Numbered from the stretch's first letter, positions 19,739 to 34,667 are shown. The stretch: DNA of 64,000 nt from an uncultured delta proteobacterium (GCA_963727485.1 CAVSGM010000003.1:96001-160000), one strand, 5' to 3'. Made by a program: numbers and translations. The notes: a model not told the origin generated them from the sequence alone.

Positions 19739-21920
19739 GTGACCAAGGCCGTGGCCGGCGACGTGCTCCTCGAGGTCCTGCGCGCCGAGGGCGTCGCGTC
19801 CGAGGGGGACGCGCGCGCGGTCCTCGAGCGTCACGCGCGCCTCGGGGGCGCCCTGGACACCTGCGCCCTCGAGCTCTCGGTGGTCGACGAGGCGGGGCTG
19901 CTCCCCGCCCTCGGCCGGGCCACCGGGCTCCCGCCGGTGGACGTGGGGCGCCTGCTCCACGCCCGCTCCGAGGCGGTGCAGCGCCTGCCCCGGCCGGTGG
20001 CGGTGCGCTACGGGGTGATGCCCTTCGAGATCGTCGACGGCACGGTGCACCTGGCGGTGAGCCAGCCCCTCGACGACGAGGCCATGGCCGTGATCGAGAG
20101 CCGGCTCCGGGCCACCCCCCGGCTCTTCGTGGCTCCGGAGGTGCGCCTCAAGAGCGCCCTGGCCCTCCACTACCTGGTGCCCCTCTCGCCCAGGCTGGCC
20201 ACCCTGGCCTACGGCCTGGGGGTGCCCCCGGTGCCCGCCACCCGGGACGGCGACGCCGCCGACCCCGAGGCCCCCGTCCCGGCGTCCAGCCCGGCGCCCT
20301 CGCCGCTCGGCGAGGTGCTCACCGCCGCCCGGGACCGGGTCCTCGCCGCCACCGACCGCGACGAGATCGTCGATGCGGTCCTCGGCTTCGGCCGCATGCG
20401 CTTCCCCTGCGTCGCCGCCTTCGCCCTGGTGGCCGGGCGGGTCCAGGGCCACGACATCCGCGCCGACGACCCGGCCGTGGACCGGGACCGGGTCCGGCGG
20501 GTCAAGGTCTCCACCGCCTGGCGCTCGGTGTTCCGCACCGTCCTCGAGACCGGCGGCCACTACCTGGGGCCGGTGCCCCAGACCGAGCTCGACCGGCTCC
20601 TGGTCGCCGACCTCGGCCGGCCCCAGGCCCGGCGCATCCTGGTGGCGCCGGTGTCGGTGCGGGGCCGGCCGGTGCTCATGCTCTACGCCGACGGTGGCGC
20701 CGGCGGCCTCGATCCCGAGGTCGCCGCCGAGTGGCTGCTCCTGGCCTCGGCGATGCCCGCGGCCTTCGAGCGGGTGCTCCTGGCGCGCAAGCACGGGGAC
20801 GCGCCGGCGCCGGCGGTAGTCGACGCGGGAGAAGCGTCGAATCGGGCCCGAGCCGGCTTCCGCCGAGGCGCCGGCCGTCGTGGACTCGGACCTGGAGCTG
20901 GACGTGGCCGTGGAGGTGGACGCGGAGGAAGCGTCGATCGGGCCCGAGCCGGCTTCCGCCGAGGCGCCGCCCCCGCCTGCGGCTCCGCCTCCCGCCCCAT
21001 CCGCAGCTCCCGCTCCCGCCCCAACTCCCGCCCCAACTCCGCCCCCGCCTCCCGCCCCGGCTCCCCCGCCGGACGCCAGCCTCCAGTCCGACGTCGGGCG
21101 GCTGCTCGCCGGCGGGCCCGGCTCCGGCGACGCCCTCGATCGCATCGTCGCTCGCGGCGCCGGGGCCACCGAGCGCCTCGCCCGGCTCTTCCCCGGGCCG
21201 CTGAAGGTCCGGGCCCACAGCGTCGCCGAGATGCCCGACGACCCCTTCGCCCACGGGCCGGTGATCGCCGCCTTCGCCCGCCTGGGGCCGGTGGCCCGCC
21301 CGGTGCTCCTCGACCTCGCCCGGGCCGAAGGCAACCCCGCCCGGCGCCTCTACGCGGTGTGGCTCCTCGGGCGCGTCCCTGGCTCCGAGGCGCTCCCCCT
21401 GCTCACCGAGCGCCTCTTCGACGCCGACCCCATGGTCACCGTCGCCGCCCGGGACGCCCTGCGGGCCCACCAGGGCGTCCCCGGCTTCCCCGACGCGGTG
21501 GCCACCCTCCGCGGCGAGCTCGGGCAGCCGGGCCAGCCCGCCCGCCTCTGCGACGTGATCCGGGCCCTGGCCCACCTCCGGGACCGGACGTCGGTGCCCC
21601 GGCTGGTGGGGCTCCTCGGCCACGGCGACCGGGAGGTCACCCGGGCGGCGGAGCGCGCCTTGAGCGCCATCACCAAGCAGGCCTTCGGGGGCAGCGCCCG
21701 GCGCTGGGAGAAGTGGCTCGCCGCCAGCGGTGAGCGCTCGCGCTTCGAGTGGCTCATCGAGGGGCTCAAGCACAAGGATCGCGGTGTCCGCCTCTCCGCC
21801 GCCGAGGACCTCGAGCGCCTCACCGGCGAGAGCTTCGGCTACTTCTCCGACGCCCCGCCCAAGGAGCGGGCCCAGGCGGTGGAGAAGTGGGAGGCCTGGT
21901 GGCGCGCCCAGGAGGCGTGA
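19739..21920 (+). CDS. GspE-N/MshEN-like + GAF-like + Pro-rich linker + HEAT-repeat protein, FrgA-like (apparent +1 frameshift at 20839-20843)
   Basis: LGGALDTCALELSVVDE..RLPRPVAVRYGVMPF T2SSE_N-like start; HEAT repeats in frame 20880..21920; GAATC->GATC fuses the two frames. Confidence 0.65.
20822..20969 (+). repeat. two ~51-bp direct repeats (20822-20873, 20919-20969) encoding DA(G/E)EASIGPEPASAEAP
   Basis: Copies are near-identical; copy 1 has an extra A in GATC. Confidence 0.85.
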
Positions 21921-22027
21921 CCGCGGGGCGCTGACGGGCCGCCGCCGCCGGCGCCTTGCCGCCCGTCCCCCGGGTCGATAACATCCGCCGCCCCCGGGCC
22001 CATGGGGCCCTTTCCCAGGGAGCCGCG

Positions 22028-23605
<1,578 letters not shown>

Positions 23606-23639
23606 GGTCCGGGGCGTCTCCGGGTGCGAAAGGCAGGCC

Positions 23640-25172
23640 ATGGCTGACAACAGGCCCTTCAAGAAGATCCTGGTCGCCAACCGCGGCGAGATCGCGGTGC
23701 GGGTGATGCGCACCTGCCGGGAGCTCAAGATCCCCACGGTGGCGGTCTACTCCGACGCCGACCGCGCCGCCCTCCACGTGCGCTACGCCTCCGAGGCGGT
23801 GCGCCTGGGGCCGGCGCCCTCCAACGAGAGCTACCTGCTCATCGACCGGGTGATCGACGCGGCGAAGCAGACCGGCGCCGAGGCCATCCACCCGGGCTAC
23901 GGCTTCCTCTCGGAGAACCCCGCGTTCTCCGAGGCGGTCGCGGCCGCCGGGCTGACCCTCATCGGCCCCTCGGCGGCCTCGATGATCGCCATGGGCGAGA
24001 AGACCCGGGCCCGGCGGGAGATGATCGCCGCCGGGGTCCCGGTGGTCCCCGGCTCCGAGCACGCCATCGCCGACGAGAAGGAGGCCGAGGCCTTCGCCCG
24101 GAAGGTCGGCTACCCCATCATGCTCAAGGCCGCCGCCGGCGGTGGGGGCAAGGGGATGCGCAAGGTCGACGCCGAGCGTGACTTCATGAGCGCCTGGCGC
24201 GCCGCCCGGGGCGAGGCGAAGAGCTCGTTCGGCGACGACTCGGTCTACATCGAGAAGTACCTGGAGAAGCCGCGGCACGTGGAGATCCAGGTGATGGCCG
24301 ACGCCCACGGCAAGGTCGTCCACTTCGACGAGCGCGAGTGCTCGGTGCAGCGCCGGCACCAGAAGGTCATCGAGGAGACCCCGAGCCCCATCGTCGACGC
24401 CGAGATGCGCGCCAAGATGGGCGAGGTCGCCTGCAAGGCCGCCGCGGCGGTGGACTACCGGGGCGCCGGGACCGTGGAGTTCTTGGTCGACGCCCACAAG
24501 AACTTCTACTTCCTGGAGATGAACACCCGCCTCCAGGTCGAGCACCCCATCACCGAGCTCACCCACGACGACGTGGACCTGGTCCGCCACCAGATCGAGG
24601 TCGCCGCCGGCAAGCCCCTGGAGCTGGTGCAGTCGGACATCGTCAGCCGGGGCCACGCCATCGAGGCGCGGATCTACGCCGAGGATCCCGACCGGGGCTA
24701 CGTGCCCACCCCGGGGCGCATCAGCTACCTCCGGCCTCCCGGGGGGCCGGGGATCCGCATCGACGGCGGGGTCTACGGCGGGTTCACCGTGCCCATCTAC
24801 TACGACCCGATGCTCGCCAAGCTCTGCGCCCGGGGGCCCGATCGCGAGACCGCCATCGCCCGCCTCGACCGGGCGCTCTCCGAGTACGTGATCAGCGGGA
24901 TCAAGACCAACATCCCCTGGCTGCGCCGGGTGCTCGCCCACGACATCTTCCAGAGCGGCGACTACGACACCTCCTTCCTCGACAAGGCCGCAGACGACCT
25001 CAAGCCCAGGCCCTCCGCCGAGCTCGAGGAGGTCGCCGTCCTCGCCGGCGGCATCGTCACCCACGACCGCTACCAGCGCCTCGCCGCCCAGGCGGCCACC
25101 AAGGGCGAGGGCGGCAAGCAGGCCGAGAACCCCTGGAAGCTCCAGGGCCGCTTCCGGGTGCTGCGTCGCTGA
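23640..25172 (+). CDS. pccA: biotin carboxylase subunit of acyl-CoA carboxylase
   Basis: KILVANRGEIA, HPGYGFLSEN, GGGGKGMR, FLEMNTRLQVEH. Confidence 0.88.
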   Translation: MADNRPFKKILVANRGEIAVRVMRTCRELKIPTVAVYSDADRAALHVRYASEAVRLGPAPSNESYLLIDRVIDAAKQTGAEAIHPGYGFLSENPAFSEAVAAAGLTLIGPSAASMIAMGEKTRARREMIAAGVPVVPGSEHAIADEKEAEAFARKVGYPIMLKAAAGGGGKGMRKVDAERDFMSAWRAARGEAKSSFGDDSVYIEKYLEKPRHVEIQVMADAHGKVVHFDERECSVQRRHQKVIEETPSPIVDAEMRAKMGEVACKAAAAVDYRGAGTVEFLVDAHKNFYFLEMNTRLQVEHPITELTHDDVDLVRHQIEVAAGKPLELVQSDIVSRGHAIEARIYAEDPDRGYVPTPGRISYLRPPGGPGIRIDGGVYGGFTVPIYYDPMLAKLCARGPDRETAIARLDRALSEYVISGIKTNIPWLRRVLAHDIFQSGDYDTSFLDKAADDLKPRPSAELEEVAVLAGGIVTHDRYQRLAAQAATKGEGGKQAENPWKLQGRFRVLRR

Positions 25173-25189
25173 CCTGTTCGGAGCCCACC

Positions 25190-25699
25190 ATGAAGCTCAC
25201 TGCGAAGATCGACGGCGAGACCCGGGACCTGACGGTCACCGACGGCGAGGGCGTGTACACCGTCACCCTCGACGGGGTGACCCACCACGTGGACGCGCGG
25301 CCCATGGAGGGCTCGACCTGGTCGCTGCTCATCGACGGCCACAGCTACGAGGTCGACGTGGTGCCCGATGCCGACACCCCCGACGACCTCTCGGTGCGGC
25401 TGCGGGGCCAGACCTACGAGATGACCGTCCTCGACGAGCGGCGGATGCGCATGCGCGAGGCCACCGGGGCCTTCGCCGTCGAGGGCCGCGCCGTGGTCCG
25501 CTCGCCCATGCCCGGCAAGCTGGTGCGCACGCTGGTCGCCGTCGGCGACGAGGTCGAGGAGCACCAGGGCCTGGTGGTCGTCGAGGCGATGAAGATGGAG
25601 AACGAGCTGCGGGCGCCCAAGGCGGGCACCGTGGTGGAGCTGCCCGCCGAGGACGGGCAGCTCGTCGAGGGCAACGCGGTCCTCGTGGTCATCGAGTAG
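25190..25699 (+). CDS. biotin carboxyl carrier protein (BT domain + biotinyl domain)
   Basis: SPMPGK...VEAMKMENEL biotinylation motif. Confidence 0.92.
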   Translation: MKLTAKIDGETRDLTVTDGEGVYTVTLDGVTHHVDARPMEGSTWSLLIDGHSYEVDVVPDADTPDDLSVRLRGQTYEMTVLDERRMRMREATGAFAVEGRAVVRSPMPGKLVRTLVAVGDEVEEHQGLVVVEAMKMENELRAPKAGTVVELPAEDGQLVEGNAVLVVIE

Positions 25700-25756
25700 G
25701 CGGGCGGCGGCCCCCCGGGCACCGGCGCACGTCGGTCGCGCCGCCCTACGCCGGGG

Positions 25757-26101
25757 TCACTTGACCCCGGAGATGCAGCACGCGTTCTTGTTCTGGGCCG
25801 GCACCTTGTTCTTGAGCCAGCACCGGGGCGAGTCGCCCTGGAACCCGGGCTTGACGTAGACCCAGGCGACGCACTGGGCCTCCTTGGCGCAGTCCTGCTG
25901 GCAGAGGGCGGGGTTCGGGGCCGGGAGGTCGAAGTCCTTGTAGTCATCCCCGGGGCGGTCGATGCCCGTCTGCATCGCCGGCGTCGTGGTCGCGGCTGGC
26001 GAGGTGCCGGTCATGGGGCCGGCGGCGATCACGCAGCCCCCGGCGCCGAGGCCGAGGAGCAGGGCAGACGACACGAGGGTGAGCAGAGCAGCAGTGCGCA
26101 T
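25757..26101 (-). CDS. PAN/Apple-domain lipoprotein
   Basis: Lipobox GAGG-C; GIDRPGDDY...CQQDC...C.AW.Y....CWLK PAN pattern; GGGAG RBS. Confidence 0.8.
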   Translation of the reverse strand: MRTAALLTLVSSALLLGLGAGGCVIAAGPMTGTSPAATTTPAMQTGIDRPGDDYKDFDLPAPNPALCQQDCAKEAQCVAWVYVKPGFQGDSPRCWLKNKVPAQNKNACCISGVK

Positions 26102-26231
26102 GGGTTCTCCCGTTTGGACGACGGCGCGGGGGCGCGCCGAGGCGTGCCCCCGGCCCACCCACGCGCAGTCGAGCGAGCATACCGCGACGCCCGCGCCGGC
26201 GCCCTGAAAGCGGCCCGCGCGGCGCGCCTGG

Positions 26232-27383
26232 CTAGGGGCAGTCCGAGAGGGTCGCCGCGTCGCCCTCCACGTTGCCCTGGGCGTCGTTGGTGAAGGTCAC
26301 CGTGGGGCAGCCGGTGAGGTTCGAGCCGCTGCGCAGGCTGATGGCCCAGCCGCTGCTGTCGGAGACGGTGACGTGGTCCATGGTCAGGATCGCGGCGCTC
26401 AGGAGGATCTCGGCGTGGTCGAGGTTGGGCTCGGAGCCGGCGTCGGAGATGGTGGCGTTGTGGATCTCGTTGCCCGCGGACTGCAGCGAGATGCCCTGCC
26501 AGTCGCCGGGGACCCCGTCGGCGCCGGTGATGGTGACCGGGTCGGCGGCGGTGCCGTTGACGATGAAGTGGCAGCCGGCGTCCACGGCGAGGTACTGCTG
26601 GTTGGCCATCTTCACCGTGACCCCGGCGTCGAGGGTGAACGTCGAGTTGGCCCCGACCTCGATCCATGCGGCCACCAGGTAGGGCACGTCGAGCTTGTGC
26701 CAGGTGCTGTCGAGGCCCATGGCGTTGTCGTCGTCGACGCGCAGCTCGTCGTGGGTGTTGCCGGTGAGCTGGTTCGAGGGGTCGATGTGCCCGACGTTCA
26801 CGGGCACCGCCCACCCGGGGAACTTGTTGCCGGTGACCTTCGTGTTCGTCAGGTCGAGCTCGCCGGAGGCGATGAAGCCCGCGGCGGGGCTGCCGGTGAT
26901 GGTGCCGTGGTCCATCTTCACCAGCGAGTTGCCGTAGATCGCGAGGCCGGCGGCGGAGTTCCCGGCGCCGGTCCAGCCGTCCGCCCCACCGTTCTTGATG
27001 GTGACGTACTCGAGATCGTTGTCGGTGGACTTGGAGTCGAAGAAGCCGACGCCCATCCAGTACCCCGGGGTGTTGTCCTTGCCCTGGAGCACGATGGGGT
27101 CGGCGGCGGTGCCCACCGCCTTGAGGTGGGCGTCGGAGTCGATGCGCAGCTCCTTGCCGTTGGCCACCGTGAGGGTCACCCCGGGCTTCAGGGTCAGGGT
27201 GCCGCCGGTGACCTCGAGGTTGTCGGCGGCGGTGTAGCAGCCCTTGGCGAGGGTGACGCCGCCGGAGACGTCGTTGCTGGTGAGGGCCTGGCAGCCGCCG
27301 CCGGGGCCGACGGCGATGGGCCCGCAGGCGGCGAGGGTGAGGGCGAGGAGGGCGAGGAGGGCGGGGCGGGCGTGTCGCTTCAT
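26232..27383 (-). CDS. beta-helix repeat lipoprotein
   Basis: Lipobox LAAC; two internal repeats [19 protein letters not shown] / [19 protein letters not shown]. Confidence 0.75.
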   Translation of the reverse strand: MKRHARPALLALLALTLAACGPIAVGPGGGCQALTSNDVSGGVTLAKGCYTAADNLEVTGGTLTLKPGVTLTVANGKELRIDSDAHLKAVGTAADPIVLQGKDNTPGYWMGVGFFDSKSTDNDLEYVTIKNGGADGWTGAGNSAAGLAIYGNSLVKMDHGTITGSPAAGFIASGELDLTNTKVTGNKFPGWAVPVNVGHIDPSNQLTGNTHDELRVDDDNAMGLDSTWHKLDVPYLVAAWIEVGANSTFTLDAGVTVKMANQQYLAVDAGCHFIVNGTAADPVTITGADGVPGDWQGISLQSAGNEIHNATISDAGSEPNLDHAEILLSAAILTMDHVTVSDSSGWAISLRSGSNLTGCPTVTFTNDAQGNVEGDAATLSDCP

Positions 27384-27644
27384 GGCGGAGGGGACCTCGA
27401 TGGAGTGGGGGGATCGGGGCCCGAGCCGATGGACCCCTGCACCTCCGACGTGTACCCGGCGCCCGTCAAGGAAGCGTCAATCCCCCGGAATCTATCGGCT
27501 TTTGGAGTAGGGGTGGACCCTCGTCGGCGCGCCGCGTAGAAACGGGAAGGGGAAGGACCGAGGGAAACGGGATCGCGCCACCGATCCCAGGGGGAAGCGA
27601 GTGCCGTCCGCCCCCGCTGCGAGGCCCGGGTTCCGCTGCCGCTG

Positions 27645-30600
27645 ATGCTCGAAGACACCGAAGACGCACCTCTCGACCTCCAGCTCCTCGGGCCCCCGGC
27701 CCTGTGCCGCGGTGGTCGGCCCCTGGAGCTGCCCACCCAGAAGGCCCTGGCGGTCGCCTGCGTCCTGGCGGCAAGGCGGGGGCCGGTGTCCCGGGCCGAG
27801 CTCGCCGAGCTCCTCTGGGGCCCGGGCCGCACCCGGAACGTCCGCCAGGCCCTCTACACCCTCCGGCGCCTCCCCGGGGTCGCGGGTCGCCTCGGGGACG
27901 GCGATCCGGTGACCCTCGACGCGGACAGCGACCTCGCTCGTTTCGAGGCCGCCCTCGACGCCGGGGACGCCGCCGCCGCCCTCGACGCCTGGCGCGGCAC
28001 CTTCCTCGATGCCTTCGAGGTCCGGGGGGCCCCGGCCTTTCAGGAGTGGGTCTCGGAGATGCGCACCCGCCTCGAGGGCCGTCACCACGAGGCGGTGCGG
28101 CGGCGCCTCGGCGAGCTCGAGGCCGGCGGGCGCGCCCGGGAGGCTCGACGGCTCGCGGCCGCGCTCCTCGCCGCCGACCCCCTCGACGAGGCCGCCCACC
28201 GCGCCGCCATCCGCCTCGCCTGGATCGACGGCGATCGCGAGGGGGCGCTGGCCGCCTGGGAAACCTGCCGCCACGTCCTCGCCCGGGAGCTCGGGGTGGC
28301 CCCCGACGCCGAGACCAAGGCCCTGGTCCAGGAGCTCCTCCGCACCGGCGACGGGGAGCCGGCCCCCCGTCGCATCCCCCTCGCCGTCCTCCGGCCCCCG
28401 GTCCTCGCCGGCCGCGACGCCGAGCGGGCCCGCCTCGAGGCCGCCTGGGACGCCCGCCGGCCGGTGCTCCTGGTGGGCCCGGGCGGCTCGGGGAAGAGCC
28501 GCCTCGCCGAGGAGGTCGCCCGCAGCCGGGGCACTGTGCTCCGCGCCGGCGGCCGCCCCGGCGACGCCGGCGTCTCCTACCTCGGCCTCGCGCGTCTCCT
28601 CCGCCGCCTCCTCGACCAGGTCCCCGACCTCGAGATCGACCCCTGGATGGCCCCGGAGCTCGCCCGGGTGGTCCCCGACCGTGTCGGGGTCCCCCCCGCC
28701 GAGCGCGACGACCCGGCGAGCCGCGCGCGCTTCGTCCGGGCCCACACCGAGCTCCTCACCCGGGCCGGGACCGCGGTGGACACGGTGGTGGTCGACGACC
28801 TCCACCTCCTCGACGCCCCGAGCTTCGAGCTCGCCCACCGCTTCCTCTCCCAGGGCATGGGAGAGGCCGGCCCGCGCCTGGTGGTCTGCACCCGGGACGA
28901 CGGCCTCGAGGGCGCGGCCCGGGAGGCGCTGGCGGCCCTGGTGGACGAGGGGGCGGTGGAGCGCATCGATCTGGCGCCCCTCACCCCCGCCGGGGTGGCG
29001 GCGCTGGTCGCCGGCCTGGGGATCCCCGACCTGGCGCCGCTGGCCCAAGAGCTCCACCGGCTCACCGGCGGGAGCCCCCTGGAGGTGGTCGAGACCCTCA
29101 AGGACCTCTTCGCCTCCGGCGCCCTCGACGCCCAGGGGACGGGGGACCTGGGCGCGGAGGCCCTGCGCGCCCAGGTCCCGACCGCCTCGGTGGCCCGGCG
29201 CCTGGAGGCCCTCCCGCCCCTGGCCGCCCGGGTGGCCCAGGCCCTGGCCCTGGCCGAGGATCCCCTGGGCGCCGAGGCCCTCGCCCGGGTGGTCGACGCC
29301 GATCCCTTCGAGGTCGCCGGTGCCCTGGACACCCTGGAGGCCGCGTCGGTGATCGAGGACGGAGCCTTCGTCCACGACCTGGTCCGGGAGGCGGTGGAGG
29401 CCCGGGTCGCCCCGGGTACCGCCCGCCTCCTCCACGGACGCCTCGCCGCCGCCCTCGAGGGCGTCGGCGCCAGCCCCGCCACCGTCGCCGGGCACCTCCT
29501 CGCCGCCGGCGATCCCGCCGCGGCGGCGCCCCAGCTCCTCGCCGCCGGGAAGGAGGCCGCCGCCCGCTTCGCCGACGACGAGGCCCGGCGCCTCCTCCAC
29601 CGGGCCCTCGAGGCCCACGACGATCCCCGGCTCCACCTCCAGGTCTGGCTGGCCCTGGAGGCGGTGGCGGCGCGGACCGGCGAGGGCCAGGCCGAGGCCC
29701 TGGCCGCCCTGGCGCGCCTCGCCGAGACGCTCCAGGACGACGTCGCCCTCTACGAGTCCAAGCGCCGGGAGGCCCAGCACCGGGTGGAGCGCGGGGAGCC
29801 GGCCCGGGCGGCGGGGCTCGCCGAGGCGGCCCTGGACATCGCCCGGCGCCTCTCCGACCCGGTGCGCGCCGGCCACGCCCAGGTGGTGCTGGGCCTGGCG
29901 CGGCTGCGCGCCGGCGACCTCGACGGCGCCCGGGGGGCCTTCGCAAAGGCCGCCGACGCCCCCGACGACGGCATCCGCATCCAGGGGCTCAACGGCGTCG
30001 GGGCGGTGGACGGGATCCGCGGCGACCTCGAGCCCGCCTTCGCCCTCCACCAGGAGGCCCTGACCCTCGCCCGGGCCCGGGGGGACGTCACCGCCGCCGG
30101 GCGCCTCCTCAACAGCCTCGCCGCCACCGCCGAGCGCCTCGCCTGGTACGATCGGGCCCGGGACTTCTTCGGCGAGGCCATGGCCCTGGCCCGGCGGACC
30201 CGGGACCCGCGCAGCGAGGCCATCGCCTGCCTCAACGCCGTGGAGATCGACCTGCGCCTCGGGCGTTTCGCCGACGGCCTCGCCCACCTCGACACCGGCG
30301 AGGACCTGGCCCGGGGGCTCTCGGTGCCCCGGCTGGTGGCCCTGGGGGCGGTGCGGCGGGGCACCCTGGAGCGGGCGGTGGGGCGGCCGGAGGCGGCCGT
30401 GGCCCACCTCGAGGCCGCCCGGGCCGCCTACCTCGACGCCGAGGACGCCCGGAACGCCGCGGTCCTCGCCTTCAACGTCGCCCTCGCCCGGGCCGAGGCC
30501 GGGGTGTCCGGGGCCCTCCGGTCGGCGGTGGCCGCGGTCGGGGACATCGAGGCCGCGGGGGTCCAGGACATCGCCGCCTGGGCCTGGCTGGAGCTGGCCC

Positions 30601-30980
30601 TGGTCACCGGCGATCCCGGCGAGGCCCGGGTCTTCGCCGCCCGGGGCCCGAAGGCCAAGGACAACCCCCACGTGCGCCTCCTCGCCGCCCTCGCCCGGCA
30701 GCGGGCGGCGCTCCTCGAGGGGCGGGGAACGCTGGAGCCGGACCTGGCGGGGCTCGCCACCCGGCTCCCGGTGTGGGAGGCGGCCTGGGCCGAGGCGCTC
30801 CTCGCCCGGGCGAGCACCGGGGACGCGGCGCGGCGCCACGCCCGCACGGCCCGGGACCAGGTCGCGGCCCAGGCCGAGGGGCTCCCCGAGGACCTGGCGG
30901 CGGCGCTCCAGGGGCGGCTGTCCCAGTGGCTCGCCGACGAGGCGCAGGCGGTGGATCTGGCCGCGGTTGCCGACGTTTGA
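27645..30980 (+). CDS. SARP/AfsR-like transcriptional regulator (wHTH-BTAD-AAA ATPase-TPR)
   Basis: [29 protein letters not shown], Walker A GPGGSGKS, Walker B VVDDLH, TPR C-terminus. Confidence 0.85.
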   Translation: MLEDTEDAPLDLQLLGPPALCRGGRPLELPTQKALAVACVLAARRGPVSRAELAELLWGPGRTRNVRQALYTLRRLPGVAGRLGDGDPVTLDADSDLARFEAALDAGDAAAALDAWRGTFLDAFEVRGAPAFQEWVSEMRTRLEGRHHEAVRRRLGELEAGGRAREARRLAAALLAADPLDEAAHRAAIRLAWIDGDREGALAAWETCRHVLARELGVAPDAETKALVQELLRTGDGEPAPRRIPLAVLRPPVLAGRDAERARLEAAWDARRPVLLVGPGGSGKSRLAEEVARSRGTVLRAGGRPGDAGVSYLGLARLLRRLLDQVPDLEIDPWMAPELARVVPDRVGVPPAERDDPASRARFVRAHTELLTRAGTAVDTVVVDDLHLLDAPSFELAHRFLSQGMGEAGPRLVVCTRDDGLEGAAREALAALVDEGAVERIDLAPLTPAGVAALVAGLGIPDLAPLAQELHRLTGGSPLEVVETLKDLFASGALDAQGTGDLGAEALRAQVPTASVARRLEALPPLAARVAQALALAEDPLGAEALARVVDADPFEVAGALDTLEAASVIEDGAFVHDLVREAVEARVAPGTARLLHGRLAAALEGVGASPATVAGHLLAAGDPAAAAPQLLAAGKEAAARFADDEARRLLHRALEAHDDPRLHLQVWLALEAVAARTGEGQAEALAALARLAETLQDDVALYESKRREAQHRVERGEPARAAGLAEAALDIARRLSDPVRAGHAQVVLGLARLRAGDLDGARGAFAKAADAPDDGIRIQGLNGVGAVDGIRGDLEPAFALHQEALTLARARGDVTAAGRLLNSLAATAERLAWYDRARDFFGEAMALARRTRDPRSEAIACLNAVEIDLRLGRFADGLAHLDTGEDLARGLSVPRLVALGAVRRGTLERAVGRPEAAVAHLEAARAAYLDAEDARNAAVLAFNVALARAEAGVSGALRSAVAAVGDIEAAGVQDIAAWAWLELALVTGDPGEARVFAARGPKAKDNPHVRLLAALARQRAALLEGRGTLEPDLAGLATRLPVWEAAWAEALLARASTGDAARRHARTARDQVAAQAEGLPEDLAAALQGRLSQWLADEAQAVDLAAVADV

Positions 30981-31033
30981 CCATCCCGCGGGGCGACCGT
31001 AGAGTCACGGCCGCAGCAGGCGAGGAGGCGCCC

Positions 31034-32734
<1,701 letters not shown>

Positions 32735-32746
32735 GGCCGGGCGTCG

Positions 32747-33727
32747 ATGGAGGGCGGGAGCAAGAAGGCGGTCCTCGCCGCCTTCGGGGCGAACCTCGGC
32801 ATCGCCGTGGCCAAGCTCACCGGCTTCGCCTTCACCGGCGCCGCCTCGATGCTCGCCGAGGGCATCCACTCGGTGGCCGACACCGCCAACCAGGCGCTGC
32901 TCCTCCTCGGGAGCCGCCGGGCGCGCCACGCCGCCACCCCCGACCACCCCTTCGGCTTCGGCCGCGAGCGCTTCTTCTGGGCCTTCGTGGTGGCGCTGGT
33001 GCTCTTCAGCATGGGCGGGCTCTTCGCGCTGACCGAGGGCATCGAGAAGCTGCGCCACCCCCACTCCCTGGAGTCGCCGGGGTGGGCGGTGGCCATCCTG
33101 GTCCTCGCGGTGTTCCTCGAGGGGTGGAGCTTTCGCACCGCGGTCAAGGAGTCGCAGAGCCACCGGCCCGGCTGGGGCTTCTGGTCGTTCATCCGCCGGG
33201 GGAAGGTGCCCGAGCTGCTGGTGGTGATGCTCGAGGACCTCGGGGCCCTCATCGGGCTGGCGTTTGCCCTGGCCGGGGTGGGGCTGGTGATGATCACCGG
33301 CGACGCCCGCTTCGACGCCATCGGCAGCATCGCCATCGGCGCGCTCCTGTGCGCCATCGCCTTCGTGCTCGCCCGGGAGATGAAGAGCCTGCTCATCGGC
33401 GAGTCGGCCAGCGAGGAGGTGGTGGCCCGGATCCGCGGGGCCATCGAGGGTCACCCGCAGGTCGAGCGGCTCATCCACCTGCGCACCGAGCACCTGGGGC
33501 CCGAGGAGCTGCTGGTGGGCGCCAAGGTCGAGCTCGACGGCGCGCTCACCTTCGACGAGGTGGCGAAGGCCATCGACTCGGTGGAGGTGGCGATGCGCCA
33601 GGCGGCGCCGTCGGCGAAGGTCATCTACCTCGAGCCCGACGTGTTTCGGCCCGAACGGTCCCCGGCGGCCGGTGCGGCGGCGGGCGGAGAGGTCGCCTCC
33701 GAGCCCCGGGTCACGGCTGGCAGCTGA
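32747..33727 (+). CDS. cation diffusion facilitator family transporter
   Basis: SMLAEGIHSVADT, HPFGFGRE, EDLGAL, six TM helices plus cytoplasmic domain. Confidence 0.9.
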   Translation: MEGGSKKAVLAAFGANLGIAVAKLTGFAFTGAASMLAEGIHSVADTANQALLLLGSRRARHAATPDHPFGFGRERFFWAFVVALVLFSMGGLFALTEGIEKLRHPHSLESPGWAVAILVLAVFLEGWSFRTAVKESQSHRPGWGFWSFIRRGKVPELLVVMLEDLGALIGLAFALAGVGLVMITGDARFDAIGSIAIGALLCAIAFVLAREMKSLLIGESASEEVVARIRGAIEGHPQVERLIHLRTEHLGPEELLVGAKVELDGALTFDEVAKAIDSVEVAMRQAAPSAKVIYLEPDVFRPERSPAAGAAAGGEVASEPRVTAGS

Positions 33728-34490
33728 CCGGGGCGTCGTCGGCGGAGGTCCCCAGCTTCAGGGTGGCCGTCGCCGGGACGTCGGGGTCGGTGACGGTGAC
33801 GGTCACCGGCTGACCCAGGGTCCCCGCCGGCAGGATGCTCAGGGCGTTGGCCCGGATCCCCTCGCCCACCAGCGGGCTGTCGAAGGCGACCGCGTCGGGC
33901 CCGTCGGCGGTCAGCGGCAGCAGGCCCACCATGGCCTTCCCGTGGGCGTCGGTGGGGACCGCGAAGACCGTGAGGCGCTGGTTGGCGTGGAGGACGAAGT
34001 CCGCGAGGCCGGTGGTGGCGCTGGTCGCCTCGGTACACTTCGGCCCCTGGGTGAGGACGCCGAAGCGCTGGGACAGCCGGAGCCCGTGGACGTCCTCGGC
34101 GGTCATCGACAGGTGGTCGAGCTCGGTGCCGTGGTCGAGGGCCACCAGGTCGTAGGTCCCCGGCGACGGGAGCACCACCGCGAACTGGCCGAAGCCCATG
34201 GGCGAGACGGCGCCGGCGTCGTGGCCGCCCTGGCGCACCGCCAGGGTGAGGCCGGTGTCGGTGGACTGGTCCGCCGGCGCCTGGAGGGCCACCAGGAGCG
34301 TGGCGCCCACCGCCACCGGGGCGGCGAAGTCGTTGGTGTCCGCGTAGTCGAGGACCTGGGAGAAGCGGACCTTCCCGGTGGCGCCGACCTGGCCGTCGGA
34401 GTGGCAGCCGGCGAGGGCGACGAGGCAGACGGCGGGCAGGATGGTGGCGAGGCGCGGGGCCCGGCGGGCGAGGCGATGGGGGGCGTGCAT
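33711..34490 (-). CDS. hypothetical lipoprotein (Ig-like, beta-rich)
   Basis: AAGGAGGAG RBS before ATG 34490; lipobox LAGC. Confidence 0.75.
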   Translation of the reverse strand: MHAPHRLARRAPRLATILPAVCLVALAGCHSDGQVGATGKVRFSQVLDYADTNDFAAPVAVGATLLVALQAPADQSTDTGLTLAVRQGGHDAGAVSPMGFGQFAVVLPSPGTYDLVALDHGTELDHLSMTAEDVHGLRLSQRFGVLTQGPKCTEATSATTGLADFVLHANQRLTVFAVPTDAHGKAMVGLLPLTADGPDAVAFDSPLVGEGIRANALSILPAGTLGQPVTVTVTDPDVPATATLKLGTSADDAPVSCQP

Positions 34491-34520
34491 GTTCTCCTCC
34501 TTGGAAGCACCCCGGAGGGG

Positions 34521-34537
34521 AGCAACGGGCGTACCGG
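34521..34537 (-). promoter_or_regulatory. putative sigma54 promoter
   Basis: Minus strand CCGGTACGCCCGTTGCT, GG-N10-GC. Confidence 0.5.
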
Positions 34538-34620
34538 TGCCGCCATGGTACACAACCGCCCGGGATCAGGCGCGGTCGCCCACCGCGGCACAGGCCGGCC
34601 GGGGCAGGGGAGACAGGCCC

Positions 34621-34638
34621 TGTGCACCCCCTTGCACA
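34621..34638. promoter_or_regulatory. palindrome TGTGCA-N6-TGCACA, possible enhancer-binding-protein site
   Basis: About 85-100 bp upstream of the sigma54 motif. Confidence 0.4.
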
Positions 34639-34667
34639 AGAGGCGCACGGGCCCGCCCCCCGGCGCT

